Assembly: GCA_963753345.1 (NCBI GenBank)
Contig: CAVWBU010000049.1
Span: 160,001 to 224,000, forward strand
From: an uncultured Fibrobacterota bacterium
GTDB lineage: Bacteria; Fibrobacterota; Chitinivibrionia; Chitinivibrionales; FEN-1185
Direction: 5' to 3'
Length of the DNA stretch: 64,000 nucleotides
Below, in pieces: positions 28,947 to 38,739 of this stretch; position 1 is the stretch's first letter, and each line of letters starts with the position of its first letter. The translations under genes and the position numbers were made by a program. Under the pieces are notes generated by a model. It made no database searches, had not been told where the DNA came from, and worked only from the letters and a program-made list of their open reading frames with translations.

Positions 28947-30017
28947 ATGAAAAGCCGGAAGACCGTCATTCTCATCGCCGTTCTCGGGCTCTGTTCGATC
29001 GGCTCAAGGCTTGACAGCGGGGGCACGTACAGTTCAGTCATCAATCCGGTGAACATTTACCTGTACGACACGCTCCTGCTCATTGCCGATTCCGTCGCGG
29101 GAATCCACGTGTATTCCGTCAAGAACAGCGCGGCGCCCGTATTCCGGATGCGCATCCCCCTCCGCGGCAACAGCGGCGTTGCAATGAAGGGCGACGTTGT
29201 CTTCGCCAATTCGTATGGGTCAATCCTTGCGATACGGCTCACGGGCCCGTCGACCTATGAAATTTCCTCGTACATAAAGCACGAGCCCGGATACTTCCCG
29301 CTCGACGACGGCACAGGCGGCCTGGGCTGCGGTTGCAGCGGTCCGGAGCAGCCCGTGGCGGCGGGAACGGAAGGGGTCGGCGGGTCGTATGCCCTGTTCG
29401 CCGTCATCGGTTCCTACCTTTATTATCTCGATGGAGCTAACGTTATCACGCTCGACATTTCGAACCCCGAAAGCCCGCAGCAGTTGTCCCAGACCTACAT
29501 CGACTGGACCGCCGAAACGCTGTTTCCGACCGACAAGTACCTGTTCGTGGGCGGTTCGAGCGGCATGTACGTGCTTGACAGAAGCAATCCGTCGAACCCC
29601 GTGCCCATCGGGACCACGTCGCATTTCCGGGCCTACGACCCGGTGGTGGCGCTCGATTCGGTCGCGTTTGTCACGCTGCGCACCGGCAACGACTACCAGG
29701 CAATGCAGGACGAGCTTCTCGCCGTGAGCCTGGATACCATAACCGCGCCTTCGGTCATTTCGGAGACGCCGGTCACCACGCCGTGGGGCCTTGCCCTGTC
29801 CGACTCGCTGCTGTACGTTGCGAAAGGCTACAACGGCTTCGCATTGTACAATGTAAAGGACCCGCGGAACGTTGCTTCGCTCGGCGACTGGGCAACGCCT
29901 TCGGTGAGGGACTTCATATGGGCGGGAACCAGGCTGTACGTGATGACGTTCGGGGAGATCATGATTTACGACGTGACGGACCCGAAGGGACCGGTGCTGC
30001 TATCGACGATACAATAA
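28947..30017 (+). CDS. LVIVD-repeat exported protein
   Basis: GGSYALF...YLY, LDISNP..P, ETLFP...LFVG..GMY, DPVV, YDVTDP; GGAGG RBS. Confidence 0.85.
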   Translation: MKSRKTVILIAVLGLCSIGSRLDSGGTYSSVINPVNIYLYDTLLLIADSVAGIHVYSVKNSAAPVFRMRIPLRGNSGVAMKGDVVFANSYGSILAIRLTGPSTYEISSYIKHEPGYFPLDDGTGGLGCGCSGPEQPVAAGTEGVGGSYALFAVIGSYLYYLDGANVITLDISNPESPQQLSQTYIDWTAETLFPTDKYLFVGGSSGMYVLDRSNPSNPVPIGTTSHFRAYDPVVALDSVAFVTLRTGNDYQAMQDELLAVSLDTITAPSVISETPVTTPWGLALSDSLLYVAKGYNGFALYNVKDPRNVASLGDWATPSVRDFIWAGTRLYVMTFGEIMIYDVTDPKGPVLLSTIQ

Positions 30018-30220
30018 TTGAAGAGAATGGAGTGCAAATTACAAATTGAAAATTCCGGATTGATGGATGAACGACCGGAATGAGTTAATGCCTTTCCCTA
30101 AAGCACCTTGAGCATGTTTTGTCAGCCAAGAAGTACGCCTGACAAGATGTAAGTTTTAACAGTCCTCAATCCACGTTACAACTGCACACGAACTATCTCA
30201 ATTTTCTTTCGGGAGTTTTC

Positions 30221-30392
30221 GCGTTAGGCTGGACCGGAGGTCCCGCTGGAGCGGGATGCCGCCCGGACCCGCCTTTTGTAGAGACGCAGCGGCGCTGCGT
30301 CTCTACAAAAGGAATAGGGCCGTGGCGGCCCGAGGCCTGTGGCCGAGACCGGAGGGAGGGCCGCCACCGGCTTTAGCCGGTGGAACGCCCAG
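30221..30392 (+). repeat. Structured intergenic repeat, arm B copy 1, with a nested GTAG-type REP
   Basis: GCGTTAGG..GGAACGCCC ends; homologous to 53397, 57521 and 62167. Confidence 0.75.
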
Positions 30393-30405
30393 ATTCAATT
30401 AGTAT

Positions 30406-31878
30406 CTATAACTTGTTTTCAATCGCCTTAATCACCGTCTTCATCGTTTTTATCCTCGCATAGTACTTGCTATTGGCCTCCACCACGGTCCACGGCGCGT
30501 TTTTCGTGCTTGTCCTGTATATCATTTCGTCAACCGCGGTTTTATACGCGCCCCACTTTTTCCTGTTGCGCCAGTCTTCATCCGTGATTTTCCACCGTTT
30601 CCACGACAGTTCCTCGCGCTGCTCGAACCGCTTCAGCTGTTCTTCCGGGCTGATGTGCAGCCAGAACTTGACAATCACCATGCCGAAGCTCGCGCAATCG
30701 GACTCGAACTCGCATATTTCCCTGTACGCGCGCTTCCATTCGGTTTCGCTGCAGAAGCCCTCGACGCGCTCCACCATCACGCGGCCGTACCACGACCTGT
30801 CGAAAATGGTGATGTGGCCGGCCTTGGGGACCTTCTGCCAGAAGCGCCAGAGAAAATGGTGCGCCTTTTCGACGTCGTTGGGCGGGCCCACGGGGACGAC
30901 TTCGTAGACGCGCGGGTCAAGGGCCTGCGCCAGTCGACGGATGTTGCCGCCCTTTCCCGCAGCGTCCCATCCCTCGTACACGATGAGCACGGGAATGCGC
31001 CTGACATAAATCTCGTTCTCCATTTCGCGCAGACGTTCCTGGTATTTTTTGAGGCTTGCTTCGTAGTTCTCCTTTGTCATGGAAGCGGAAAGGCCGACCC
31101 TGTCGAGAAGGGGTAGGACTTTGCCCGGCAGAACCGGCGGCCTGGCCCTATGGCCCGGTCTTGCTTTTTTTGCGCAGGCATCAGACAACACCGTAATGAG
31201 CGTCCTGGTGATTTTCACCGAGGCAAAACGGTGGTCGGTGGCCTCGATAACGGTCCACGGCGCGTTGGGGCGCGACGTATGCCCGAGCATGTCGTCAACG
31301 CATTTCTTGAGATGGTTGTAGTGCCGGTGCTGTTTCCAGTCGTCCCTTGACACCTTCCATGCCGTGGCGGGATCCTCCGCCAGCGCTTTGAAACGTTTCT
31401 TCTGCTCCTTCTTGCTGATATGCAGAAAGAATTTAACCATAATGGCGCCGTCGTCGGTCAGCTGGCGCTCAAACGACCGGATTTCCCGGAAGGTCCTGGT
31501 CCATTCCCCTTTGTCAGCGGTTCTTCCCGGCCGGTCGTGAAGCACGCCCCGGTACCAGCTCCGGTCGAAAATGGCGATGCGGCCGGCCGCGGGCAGCCTG
31601 AGCCAGAAGCGCCACAAAAACGGCCGCATATATTCCTCTTCGTCGGCGGCCCTGGTGAGATTGACGTTAAATCCGCGCGGGTCAAGCGCGAGCATGAGGT
31701 TGTTGATCTGCGTACCCTTGCCTGCCGCGCCCCATCCTTCGAACACGATGATGACCGGGATTCCCAGGTCACGCGCCTTGCGCTGCAATTCGCCTATTTT
31801 GAGCTGCATCGCAGGCATGATCGCCTTGTATTTGCGCTTGTCAATTTTTGTCGAAAGATCAAGCTTGTCCAGGTCCAT
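30406..31878 (-). CDS. pap: Polyphosphate kinase 2 family, two-domain polyphosphate:AMP phosphotransferase
   Basis: Two EG..AAGKG P-loops, FDRSWY twice, KF.LHIS..EQ..RF twice. Confidence 0.92.
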   Translation of the reverse strand: MDLDKLDLSTKIDKRKYKAIMPAMQLKIGELQRKARDLGIPVIIVFEGWGAAGKGTQINNLMLALDPRGFNVNLTRAADEEEYMRPFLWRFWLRLPAAGRIAIFDRSWYRGVLHDRPGRTADKGEWTRTFREIRSFERQLTDDGAIMVKFFLHISKKEQKKRFKALAEDPATAWKVSRDDWKQHRHYNHLKKCVDDMLGHTSRPNAPWTVIEATDHRFASVKITRTLITVLSDACAKKARPGHRARPPVLPGKVLPLLDRVGLSASMTKENYEASLKKYQERLREMENEIYVRRIPVLIVYEGWDAAGKGGNIRRLAQALDPRVYEVVPVGPPNDVEKAHHFLWRFWQKVPKAGHITIFDRSWYGRVMVERVEGFCSETEWKRAYREICEFESDCASFGMVIVKFWLHISPEEQLKRFEQREELSWKRWKITDEDWRNRKKWGAYKTAVDEMIYRTSTKNAPWTVVEANSKYYARIKTMKTVIKAIENKL

Positions 31879-32016
31879 CGGCACACTCCTGTCTGGATGT
31901 GGAATCAACAGGTGTCTTTAATATTTATAGTATAAAACCCGGCAAAAACCAAGGAGTTTTGTGTTCTTTTGCAGGTCCGGTCCATGATATATTTTTAGAA
32001 CCTGTCAAACAGATTT

Positions 32017-32100
32017 GCGGAAGTGGTGGAACTGGCAGACGCGCTAGGTTCAGGGCCTAGTGAGAGCAATCTCGTGGGGGTTCAATTCCCCCCTTCCGCA
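32017..32100 (+). tRNA. tRNA-Leu (CAG)
   Basis: GCGGAAG/CTTCCGC acceptor stem, CTAGG-TTCAGGG-CCTAG anticodon arm, long variable arm, GGTTCAATTCC T-arm; CCA not encoded. Confidence 0.95.
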
Positions 32101-32145
32101 TTTTCACCCCATCATCGCGCCGTACCTTCTTCGCCAGAATTGCCA

Positions 32146-33984
32146 ATGCCCAACAGCGATCCCCGCATCCAAGTGCTCCCCAAGCACGTTGTCGAAAAAA
32201 TAGCTGCGGGCGAGGTCATCGAGCGCCCGGCGTCGGTGCTCAAGGAGATCATCGAAAACTCGATTGACGCCCGCGCGTCCGCCATTGACATCGTGATAGA
32301 AGATTCCGGGTTCGGGCTGATCCAGGTGACCGACAACGGCACCGGCATGTCCCGCGAAAACCTTGAGAAAAGCGTGCTCCGCCACGCAACCAGCAAGATC
32401 CGCACCGCCGACGATCTTTTTGCCATTGCCACCATGGGATTCCGCGGCGAGGCGCTCGCAAGCATCGGCGCCGTGAGCAGGACCGCAATCGCAAGCAGCA
32501 CCTCCGACGATGGCCTCGGGTATGTTCTTACGTGTGAAGGAGGCGTCGCGGGCGCGGTCGCGCCCGTGGCGCATGTGCGCGGGACCACGGTCTCGTGCCG
32601 CGACCTGTTCTACAACGTTCCGGCGCGCAAGAAATTCATGAAAACCCGCAAGGCCGAGCGCCTCGCGCTTATCAAGCTCCTCGAACAGATCGCGATCCCG
32701 TTTCCCGCCGTCCGTTTCGCCGCTGCGTTCGAAGGCAAGCCCGTGTTCGAGACGCCGGCTGCCGAGAACCTTCTTGCGCGCATTTCACAAGTGACCGGCG
32801 TCGAATTCGCAGCAACGCTGGTCAAGGCGCAGGGCGGCGTCAAAGGGATGGAGGCTGTTCTGTATTTTCCGATCACCGGCGGCGAGCTCGCCCGGCCCAG
32901 ATACCAGAACCTGTATGTCAACTTGCGGAGGGTGGACAACGATTCGGTCCTGTATGCGGTGCGCCAGGCGTTTTCCCTGCTCCTGCAGCGGGATGCGAGG
33001 CCGTCGTTTTTCTGCTTTATAGACGTGGATCCGGCTGCAATCGACGTCAACGTTCACCCCACAAAACAGAAGGTAAAGTTCGAGAAGGAGCGCGAACTGT
33101 TCGGATTCATTTACGGAACGGTCGCCAGGGTGCTCAAGCCGCCGGCCGACAGGGGAAGCGGCCGGGCTCACGAAGATGCTTCCGAACCGCAGCAGGCTGG
33201 CGGCGCGACTGCACAGGAAGCGGCGCAGTACCCGGCGGACGGCACAGACCGGTCCCCGGATACCTTCCGGTTCTCAATCGGGGAGAAGGGTGATTCATCA
33301 TACGGCCAGACCATTCTCGCATTTCCGGGAAGCCGGCCTGCCGGCCCAAATAATTCCGGTCCGGACGCCGCGGACAGCGTGCTGACGGGTGACGAGCCGG
33401 AATCCCAGTCGTGGAGCCTGATTTCGTGCTACCAGATCCACGAGATATTCATCCTGGCACCCATCAAGAACGGGATTCTTCTCATCGATCAACATGCGGC
33501 GCACGAGAGAATCCTTTACGAGCAGGCGCTCGACGACATGAAAGACAAACACGCCGCGTCCCAGCAGCTTCTTTTTCCAATTGTGCTGCGGCTCACCGCC
33601 ACCGAGAAGGAAGTGATGGAGGCGTCGGGCGAGTACTTCCGGGCCTTCGGATTCGACATCCAGGATTTCGGCGGGTCCGATGTGTCAATTTCCGCCGCGC
33701 CGGCGTTTCTTGCAAGCACGGACGTCGAGCGCTCGGTGCGGGACATGATAGGCTATCTTCTCGACGAAAAAAGCGTGGAGCACTTTCCCGAGCCGCACCG
33801 GCGCTACGCGGCGGCGTTCGCATGCGGGGCGGCGATCAAAGCGGGCAAGAAGCTTTCCGGAGAGGAAATGAACGCGCTGCTTAACAGCCTGTTTTCGTCA
33901 GAGAACCCGTACACGTGCCCGCACGGCAGGCCCACGGTGGTGAGGATATCGGTCGACGAGCTGTCAAGGAGATTTTTAAGGTGA
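32146..33984 (+). CDS. mutL: DNA mismatch repair endonuclease MutL
   Basis: IAAGEVIERPASV.KE..ENS.DA, GFRGEAL, DVNVHPTK, DQHAAHERILYE, CPHGRP. Confidence 0.97.
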   Translation: MPNSDPRIQVLPKHVVEKIAAGEVIERPASVLKEIIENSIDARASAIDIVIEDSGFGLIQVTDNGTGMSRENLEKSVLRHATSKIRTADDLFAIATMGFRGEALASIGAVSRTAIASSTSDDGLGYVLTCEGGVAGAVAPVAHVRGTTVSCRDLFYNVPARKKFMKTRKAERLALIKLLEQIAIPFPAVRFAAAFEGKPVFETPAAENLLARISQVTGVEFAATLVKAQGGVKGMEAVLYFPITGGELARPRYQNLYVNLRRVDNDSVLYAVRQAFSLLLQRDARPSFFCFIDVDPAAIDVNVHPTKQKVKFEKERELFGFIYGTVARVLKPPADRGSGRAHEDASEPQQAGGATAQEAAQYPADGTDRSPDTFRFSIGEKGDSSYGQTILAFPGSRPAGPNNSGPDAADSVLTGDEPESQSWSLISCYQIHEIFILAPIKNGILLIDQHAAHERILYEQALDDMKDKHAASQQLLFPIVLRLTATEKEVMEASGEYFRAFGFDIQDFGGSDVSISAAPAFLASTDVERSVRDMIGYLLDEKSVEHFPEPHRRYAAAFACGAAIKAGKKLSGEEMNALLNSLFSSENPYTCPHGRPTVVRISVDELSRRFLR

Positions 33985-34067
33985 CAAAAGATACGCTTCC
34001 GATGCTTTCAACCGTCCCGCGCAATCATGCCGCCGTGTCCGACGGCCGGCGTTAGTGAGGCTTCTGG

Positions 34068-35399
34068 GTGTCTGCCGTATTTCTCAAGTCCATAGGGTGC
34101 CGCACCAACCAGGAGGAAATGGCCGCTCTCGGGCCGCTTCTTGCTGGCCATGGCCACTGCGTTGTTGACACCTTTGAAAATGCGGACGTCGTTGTCGTCA
34201 ACACGTGCGTGGTCACCGCGGCGACCGAAGCGAAGACGCGGCGCTATATTGCGGGGCTCGCGCGCATGCGGCCGGGCGTAAGAATCTGCGTGACGGGCTG
34301 CATGGCCCAGCTTTCGCCCACCGATGTCAGGCAACGGCTTGGCGCCACGTGGGTCGTGGGGAACGCGCACAAGAACGAAATCCCTTCGATTCTCGGCGAT
34401 TCGTCCGGCGGGGTGTACCACAGCGACTCGGAGAGCGGGACAACGTCAGAGATCTCTCTTGTCAACAGACTTCCGGCGCCGGGAAGCTTCGGCCGCACGC
34501 GCTTCTTTCTCAAGATCCAGGAGGGGTGCAATTGCCGCTGTGCCTACTGCATCGTGCCGCTGGTGCGCGGCCCGTCGAGGAGCGCGGCGTTCGCCGATGT
34601 GCAAACGGTCTTCAGGCGCGCCCTTGACGCGGGATGCAGGGAAATCGTCCTCACCGGGACCCATATCGGGCAGTACGCGGACGGAAAGAAGAAGACATGC
34701 GCCGACCTCGTCGCAGCGCTCGCGGAAACGCCGGGCGATTTCCGACTGCGGCTGAGCTCGCTTGATCCAAGGGATCTCTCCGATCAAATTCTTGACATGG
34801 TGGGAAGTCATCCCCGGGTTTGCCGGCACCTCCATCTGAGCGTGCAGAGCCTGTCGCCGGGCGTCCTTGCCGCCATGAACCGGCCCGTGCCCGATTTCGA
34901 GAACTTTTTGGACCGTCTCTCCTCGTTCCGCCTCCGTAACCCCGGTGTAGGACTCGGCGGCGATTTCATCGTGGGATTTCCGTCCGAAACCGAGGCGCAG
35001 GCCGAGGCTACCCGGCGGGCCGTCGCCGAGGCGGGGTTCAGCTACGGACACGTGTTCCGGTATTCGAGGCGGCCCGGCACGGCCGCCGCGTCGCGGCAGG
35101 GGCAGATTGACGAAAAGGAGAAGAACGCACGGAGTTGCGCTCTCCGGGAAACCCTTGACAAATGTCACAGCGCCTTCATCGCGGCGGTTGCCGGCGACGT
35201 TCACACCATCCTCGTGGAATCGATCGGCCCCGCAAGCGGCCTCGCCTCCAATTATCTGCGGATGGAAGTGCCTTCGTGCGGCTGCGAGAAGAACGCGTGG
35301 CTGCGGGTGACCATCGCCGGAGTGAACCCGGCAAGCGGCCGGTGCATCGCCGTTCCAGCGAAAGACGGGGTGATTAAGGAGCACGGCGGAAAGGCGTAA
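34068..35399 (+). CDS. mtaB: tRNA methylthiotransferase MtaB (MiaB/RimO family)
   Basis: GC..NQ.E, NTC.VT..E.K.R, LKIQEGCN.RC.YC, HVF.YS.RPGT.A. Confidence 0.85.
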   Translation: MSAVFLKSIGCRTNQEEMAALGPLLAGHGHCVVDTFENADVVVVNTCVVTAATEAKTRRYIAGLARMRPGVRICVTGCMAQLSPTDVRQRLGATWVVGNAHKNEIPSILGDSSGGVYHSDSESGTTSEISLVNRLPAPGSFGRTRFFLKIQEGCNCRCAYCIVPLVRGPSRSAAFADVQTVFRRALDAGCREIVLTGTHIGQYADGKKKTCADLVAALAETPGDFRLRLSSLDPRDLSDQILDMVGSHPRVCRHLHLSVQSLSPGVLAAMNRPVPDFENFLDRLSSFRLRNPGVGLGGDFIVGFPSETEAQAEATRRAVAEAGFSYGHVFRYSRRPGTAAASRQGQIDEKEKNARSCALRETLDKCHSAFIAAVAGDVHTILVESIGPASGLASNYLRMEVPSCGCEKNAWLRVTIAGVNPASGRCIAVPAKDGVIKEHGGKA

Positions 35400-35489
35400 A
35401 GGTATTTTTGTTGATGCCGTCTCGTGGGGGAAGCCGCAGATTGTCGCGTTGCGGATTGAGGGTGTCGGCTTTCAAGAAGGATTGCGCTC

Positions 35490-36404
35490 GTGAATATTCT
35501 CAGCCGGCTCAAACAAGGGCTCGAAAAAACCCGGAATCAGATCGTCTCCGCTCTTTCGGGCGGCGGCTCGTTTGACGAGGGGTTCTACGATTCCCTTGAG
35601 GAGGCGCTCATTTTGGCTGATGTCGGGCTCGAAACAAGCACTGAGATCATTGCCGGCCTCAGGGGGGACGTTGCGCAAAAGGGAATCACCACGCGGGCCG
35701 GTGCGTTTAGCGCGCTCAAATCAATGATCGCCTCCGATCTTTCGGTGACCAACCTTCCCGGCGACTTCCCGCCAAAACCCTGGGTGATCCTGGTTGTCGG
35801 CGTCAACGGCGTGGGCAAGACGACGACCATCGGAAAACTTGCCAGGGAATATTCGGCGGCGGGTAAAAAGGTGATGATGGGTGCCGCCGACACCTTCCGG
35901 GCCGGCGCTGTCGAGCAGCTCAAGATCTGGGCAAAGCGAACCGGCGCCGACTTCGTTTCCCAGCAGGAAGGCGCGGATCCCGCATCGGTCGCCTTCGACG
36001 CCATGGAGGCTTCGAAGGCCCGCGGGACGGATGTGCTCATTCTCGACACTGCGGGCAGACTCCACAACAAGACGAACCTCATGAACGAGCTGTCGAAAAT
36101 CGTCCGGGTGATCAGGAGGAACGCGCCGCAGGCGCCGAACGAGGTCCTTCTCGTTGTTGACGCGACAACCGGTCAGAACGCGCTCGGCCAGGCAAAGGTT
36201 TTCAACGAAATGATCGGCCTCACCGGATTCATCATCACCAAGCTCGATGGCACCGCCAAAGGCGGCATTGCAATTGCGCTGTCCAGAAATTTTAGGATCC
36301 CGGTTCGCAAAATAGGAGTGGGCGAGGGCCTTGACGACCTTCAGGATTTTGACCCTTCGGCCTACGTGGAGGCGATGTTTGGAGATTTTCCCGAATCAAC
36401 CTGA
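35490..36404 (+). CDS. ftsY: Signal recognition particle receptor FtsY
   Basis: GVNGVGKTTTIGKLA, DTFRAGA, DTAGRLH, TKLDGTAKGG. Confidence 0.97.
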   Translation: MNILSRLKQGLEKTRNQIVSALSGGGSFDEGFYDSLEEALILADVGLETSTEIIAGLRGDVAQKGITTRAGAFSALKSMIASDLSVTNLPGDFPPKPWVILVVGVNGVGKTTTIGKLAREYSAAGKKVMMGAADTFRAGAVEQLKIWAKRTGADFVSQQEGADPASVAFDAMEASKARGTDVLILDTAGRLHNKTNLMNELSKIVRVIRRNAPQAPNEVLLVVDATTGQNALGQAKVFNEMIGLTGFIITKLDGTAKGGIAIALSRNFRIPVRKIGVGEGLDDLQDFDPSAYVEAMFGDFPEST

Positions 36405-36449
36405 TGCATGCAGGGCCGGTTTCATTCCCGGCCCGAAAGGAGAACGCTC

Positions 36450-36635
36450 GTGGCCCTTGACGAAAGCAAATACGAGACCATGAAATTCCTGCGTTGCCGG
36501 CAGTGCGGCAACGTGTACACCGCGAGGATGGGCATCACCGATCCCGAATGCCCGGAATGTTCCTCGCGCGAGGTGGAAATCTACATACCCGAAGGATCCG
36601 ACGGGAACCAGGATTCGCCGCCGGGCGGCGGGTAA
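36450..36635 (+). CDS. Small zinc-ribbon protein
   Basis: AAGGAG RBS with GTG start; CRQC...CPEC. Confidence 0.65.
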   Translation: MALDESKYETMKFLRCRQCGNVYTARMGITDPECPECSSREVEIYIPEGSDGNQDSPPGGG

Positions 36636-36684
36636 CTGCATCACCCGGTCCCGAGGGAATGCGGTCCGGAGGATGCACTTTTTG

Positions 36685-37683
36685 TCAAGAAACGCGGTCC
36701 TGCAGCGCCGCACTGGGGCTCATGCTGGGGAACCGAAGCATGCCGCGCGTGCACCGCTCGTACCCGGCGCGCGCGATCATGGCGGCATTGTCGGTGCACA
36801 GCGCCGGTGAGGGGAAAAGGACCCTGTCGCCGAAATGGGATTTCAGATTCCGCCGCAGTTCGCCGTTGCAGGCCACGCCGCCTGCCACGCCGATAGTCCG
36901 GATGCCTGATTGTTCCGCTGCCTGCAAAAGGTTCCTGGTGAGCGATTCGACAATTGCCTTCTGAAATGCCCGGCATATTCCACTTCTGTTCGCGGCCACC
37001 CATGCGTCGCCCTTTTCGCGGCAAAAGTATTTGACCGCTGTCTTGAGTCCCGAAAAACTGAAGTCGAGCGACGAACCACCCAGCCGGGCCACGGGAAAGA
37101 CGATGCCGTTGTCCTCCGGCGAGGCCGAGGCAGCCTGCTCGATGGCGCTGCCGGCCGGATAGGCAAACCCCAGCAGCTTGCCGACCTTGTCGAATGCCTC
37201 TCCGGCCGCGTCGTCGACGGTCTCGCCCAGACACGCATAGCGACCGAAATCATCGGCGCGGTAGATTGCGGTGTGCCCGCCGGATACTATGAGAGCAAGA
37301 AACGGGAAGGAAAGGTTCCTGTGCTCGAGGAACAGCGAGCAAAGGTGGCCTTCCAGGTGGTTGATGCCGGTAACGGGGATGCCGTATCGACTGTGAAGGC
37401 CCAGCGCAAACCCGATTCCTACGAGAAGCGCGCCTGCGAGTCCAGGGCTGTCGGTTACCGCGACACAGTCCACAGCGGCACAGCGGATATTGCTTTTGGC
37501 GAAAACCGACCGGGTCAGAATGTCAATCTTGCTCAGGTGAGTGCGCGATGCAAGCTCAGGAACTACGCCGCCGTACGAGGAATGGATGGCGTGGGTATAG
37601 ACCTCGCTGGCAAGAACATTTCCTTCGGAAAGTATTGCAGCCGAGGTTTCATCGCACGAAGTCTCAATGCCGAGGGTTATCAT
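36685..37683 (-). CDS. tsaD: tRNA N6-adenosine threonylcarbamoyltransferase TsaD
   Basis: LGIETSCDET, GGVVPELASR.H, NHLEGH, SGGHT, DDAAGEAFDK, FSFSGLKT, CTDNAAMI. Confidence 0.97.
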   Translation of the reverse strand: MITLGIETSCDETSAAILSEGNVLASEVYTHAIHSSYGGVVPELASRTHLSKIDILTRSVFAKSNIRCAAVDCVAVTDSPGLAGALLVGIGFALGLHSRYGIPVTGINHLEGHLCSLFLEHRNLSFPFLALIVSGGHTAIYRADDFGRYACLGETVDDAAGEAFDKVGKLLGFAYPAGSAIEQAASASPEDNGIVFPVARLGGSSLDFSFSGLKTAVKYFCREKGDAWVAANRSGICRAFQKAIVESLTRNLLQAAEQSGIRTIGVAGGVACNGELRRNLKSHFGDRVLFPSPALCTDNAAMIARAGYERCTRGMLRFPSMSPSAALQDRVS

Positions 37684-38032
37684 GATTTGTTCTCAAGGAC
37701 CGCCGGCAAAAGCCGGGCTTCGGCCGCTGGTATTTGTTGCTTTCCGGACTAGATTTTTTGTAGAACAAATGCCTCCCGGTAGAATCACGGTCATTCGCGC
37801 AGATTGCTATGTTTTCCATGTGAAAATACTTTCCGTTTCCAAAGCCTGGCAATCAATCACCAGTCTCTTTCGATTTACCAAGATAGTTACAAATAGGGCA
37901 AAAGTACACTTTTAAGACTGATTAAGACTTGAATTTCTTGGTGACAAAAAATCCATAACTGTGTTGAAATAGAGGAACAAAAGGACACATTTTCACCTTG
38001 GCATGAACATAGCTCAAAAGTATTAACCACAA

Positions 38033-38398
38033 ATGGGTGTTTCATTTAAAATAATGGTAGTAGAAGACGACCCTTCAACACAGGAAGCTCTGCGGCGTTC
38101 CTTGTCTCGGCTCGGTTGTGAGGTGTTCACGACAAGCACTGCAGAAGAAGGGATAGAGGAGCTGAAGAAAACCCGTTACGATGCCGTTTTTGCTGCACTG
38201 TGTGTCAGAGAAAAGGGTGCCAGAAGCGTTGCAAGGTGGGTAAAGAGCAATTCCTTGCAGACAAAGTTCTTTGTTATAACGAGTTGGAAAGGCGACTTGG
38301 AATCCAACCTTCTTCACCTGGACGGAATTCATGACATCATTCGCAAACCTCTGATATTCAGCGAAATAAGAGACAAGCTTCTCGAATATCTTGGATAA
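38033..38398 (+). CDS. Stand-alone receiver-domain protein lacking the phosphoacceptor Asp
   Basis: IMVVEDD, YDAVFAA (D to A), VITS, RKP. Confidence 0.85.
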   Translation: MGVSFKIMVVEDDPSTQEALRRSLSRLGCEVFTTSTAEEGIEELKKTRYDAVFAALCVREKGARSVARWVKSNSLQTKFFVITSWKGDLESNLLHLDGIHDIIRKPLIFSEIRDKLLEYLG

Positions 38399-38418
38399 AA
38401 CCACTACTTGGGGACATT

Positions 38419-38586
38419 ATGCGTACCAATGAGCCTCTGTGTGAAGAATGCGGAAAGAAGCTTCAGGGTAGTGAGAATGAAGCCGGTTTCTGTGCGGATT
38501 GCAACGCCAAGATTGAGAACGATATGCGAATCCTTCGGGACGGCGAAAACGGCAATTTCGCATTCTTGGCCGACCTCGTGGCTTGA
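38419..38586 (+). CDS. 55-aa zinc-finger-like protein (not in the ORF track)
   Basis: MRTNEPLCEECGKKLQGSENEAGFCADCNAKIENDMRILRDGENGNFAFLADLVA, translated by hand; GGGGA RBS. Confidence 0.65.
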   Translation: MRTNEPLCEECGKKLQGSENEAGFCADCNAKIENDMRILRDGENGNFAFLADLVA

Positions 38587-38739
38587 CCCACTGTCTATTT
38601 CTTATTCAATAATTCAGATTCCAGACCCGTAGTTTACGGTACACAAGAATTCGGAGAATTCATTATTTTTTTTTGCATTTTCAGCAAAATCCTGTTATAT
38701 TGTTATTGTTGAGATAAGCGGATCCTTCAAAGGTTTTCC

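Noticed and set aside
30221..30392. Arm B as an integron attC site (GTTAGG core)
   Set aside because: GTT and AAC are in the opposite order to attC, there is no cassette array, and no integrase is present
32023..32145. N-terminal extension of MutL in the ORF track
   Set aside because: It overlaps tRNA-Leu; the real start is ATG 32146
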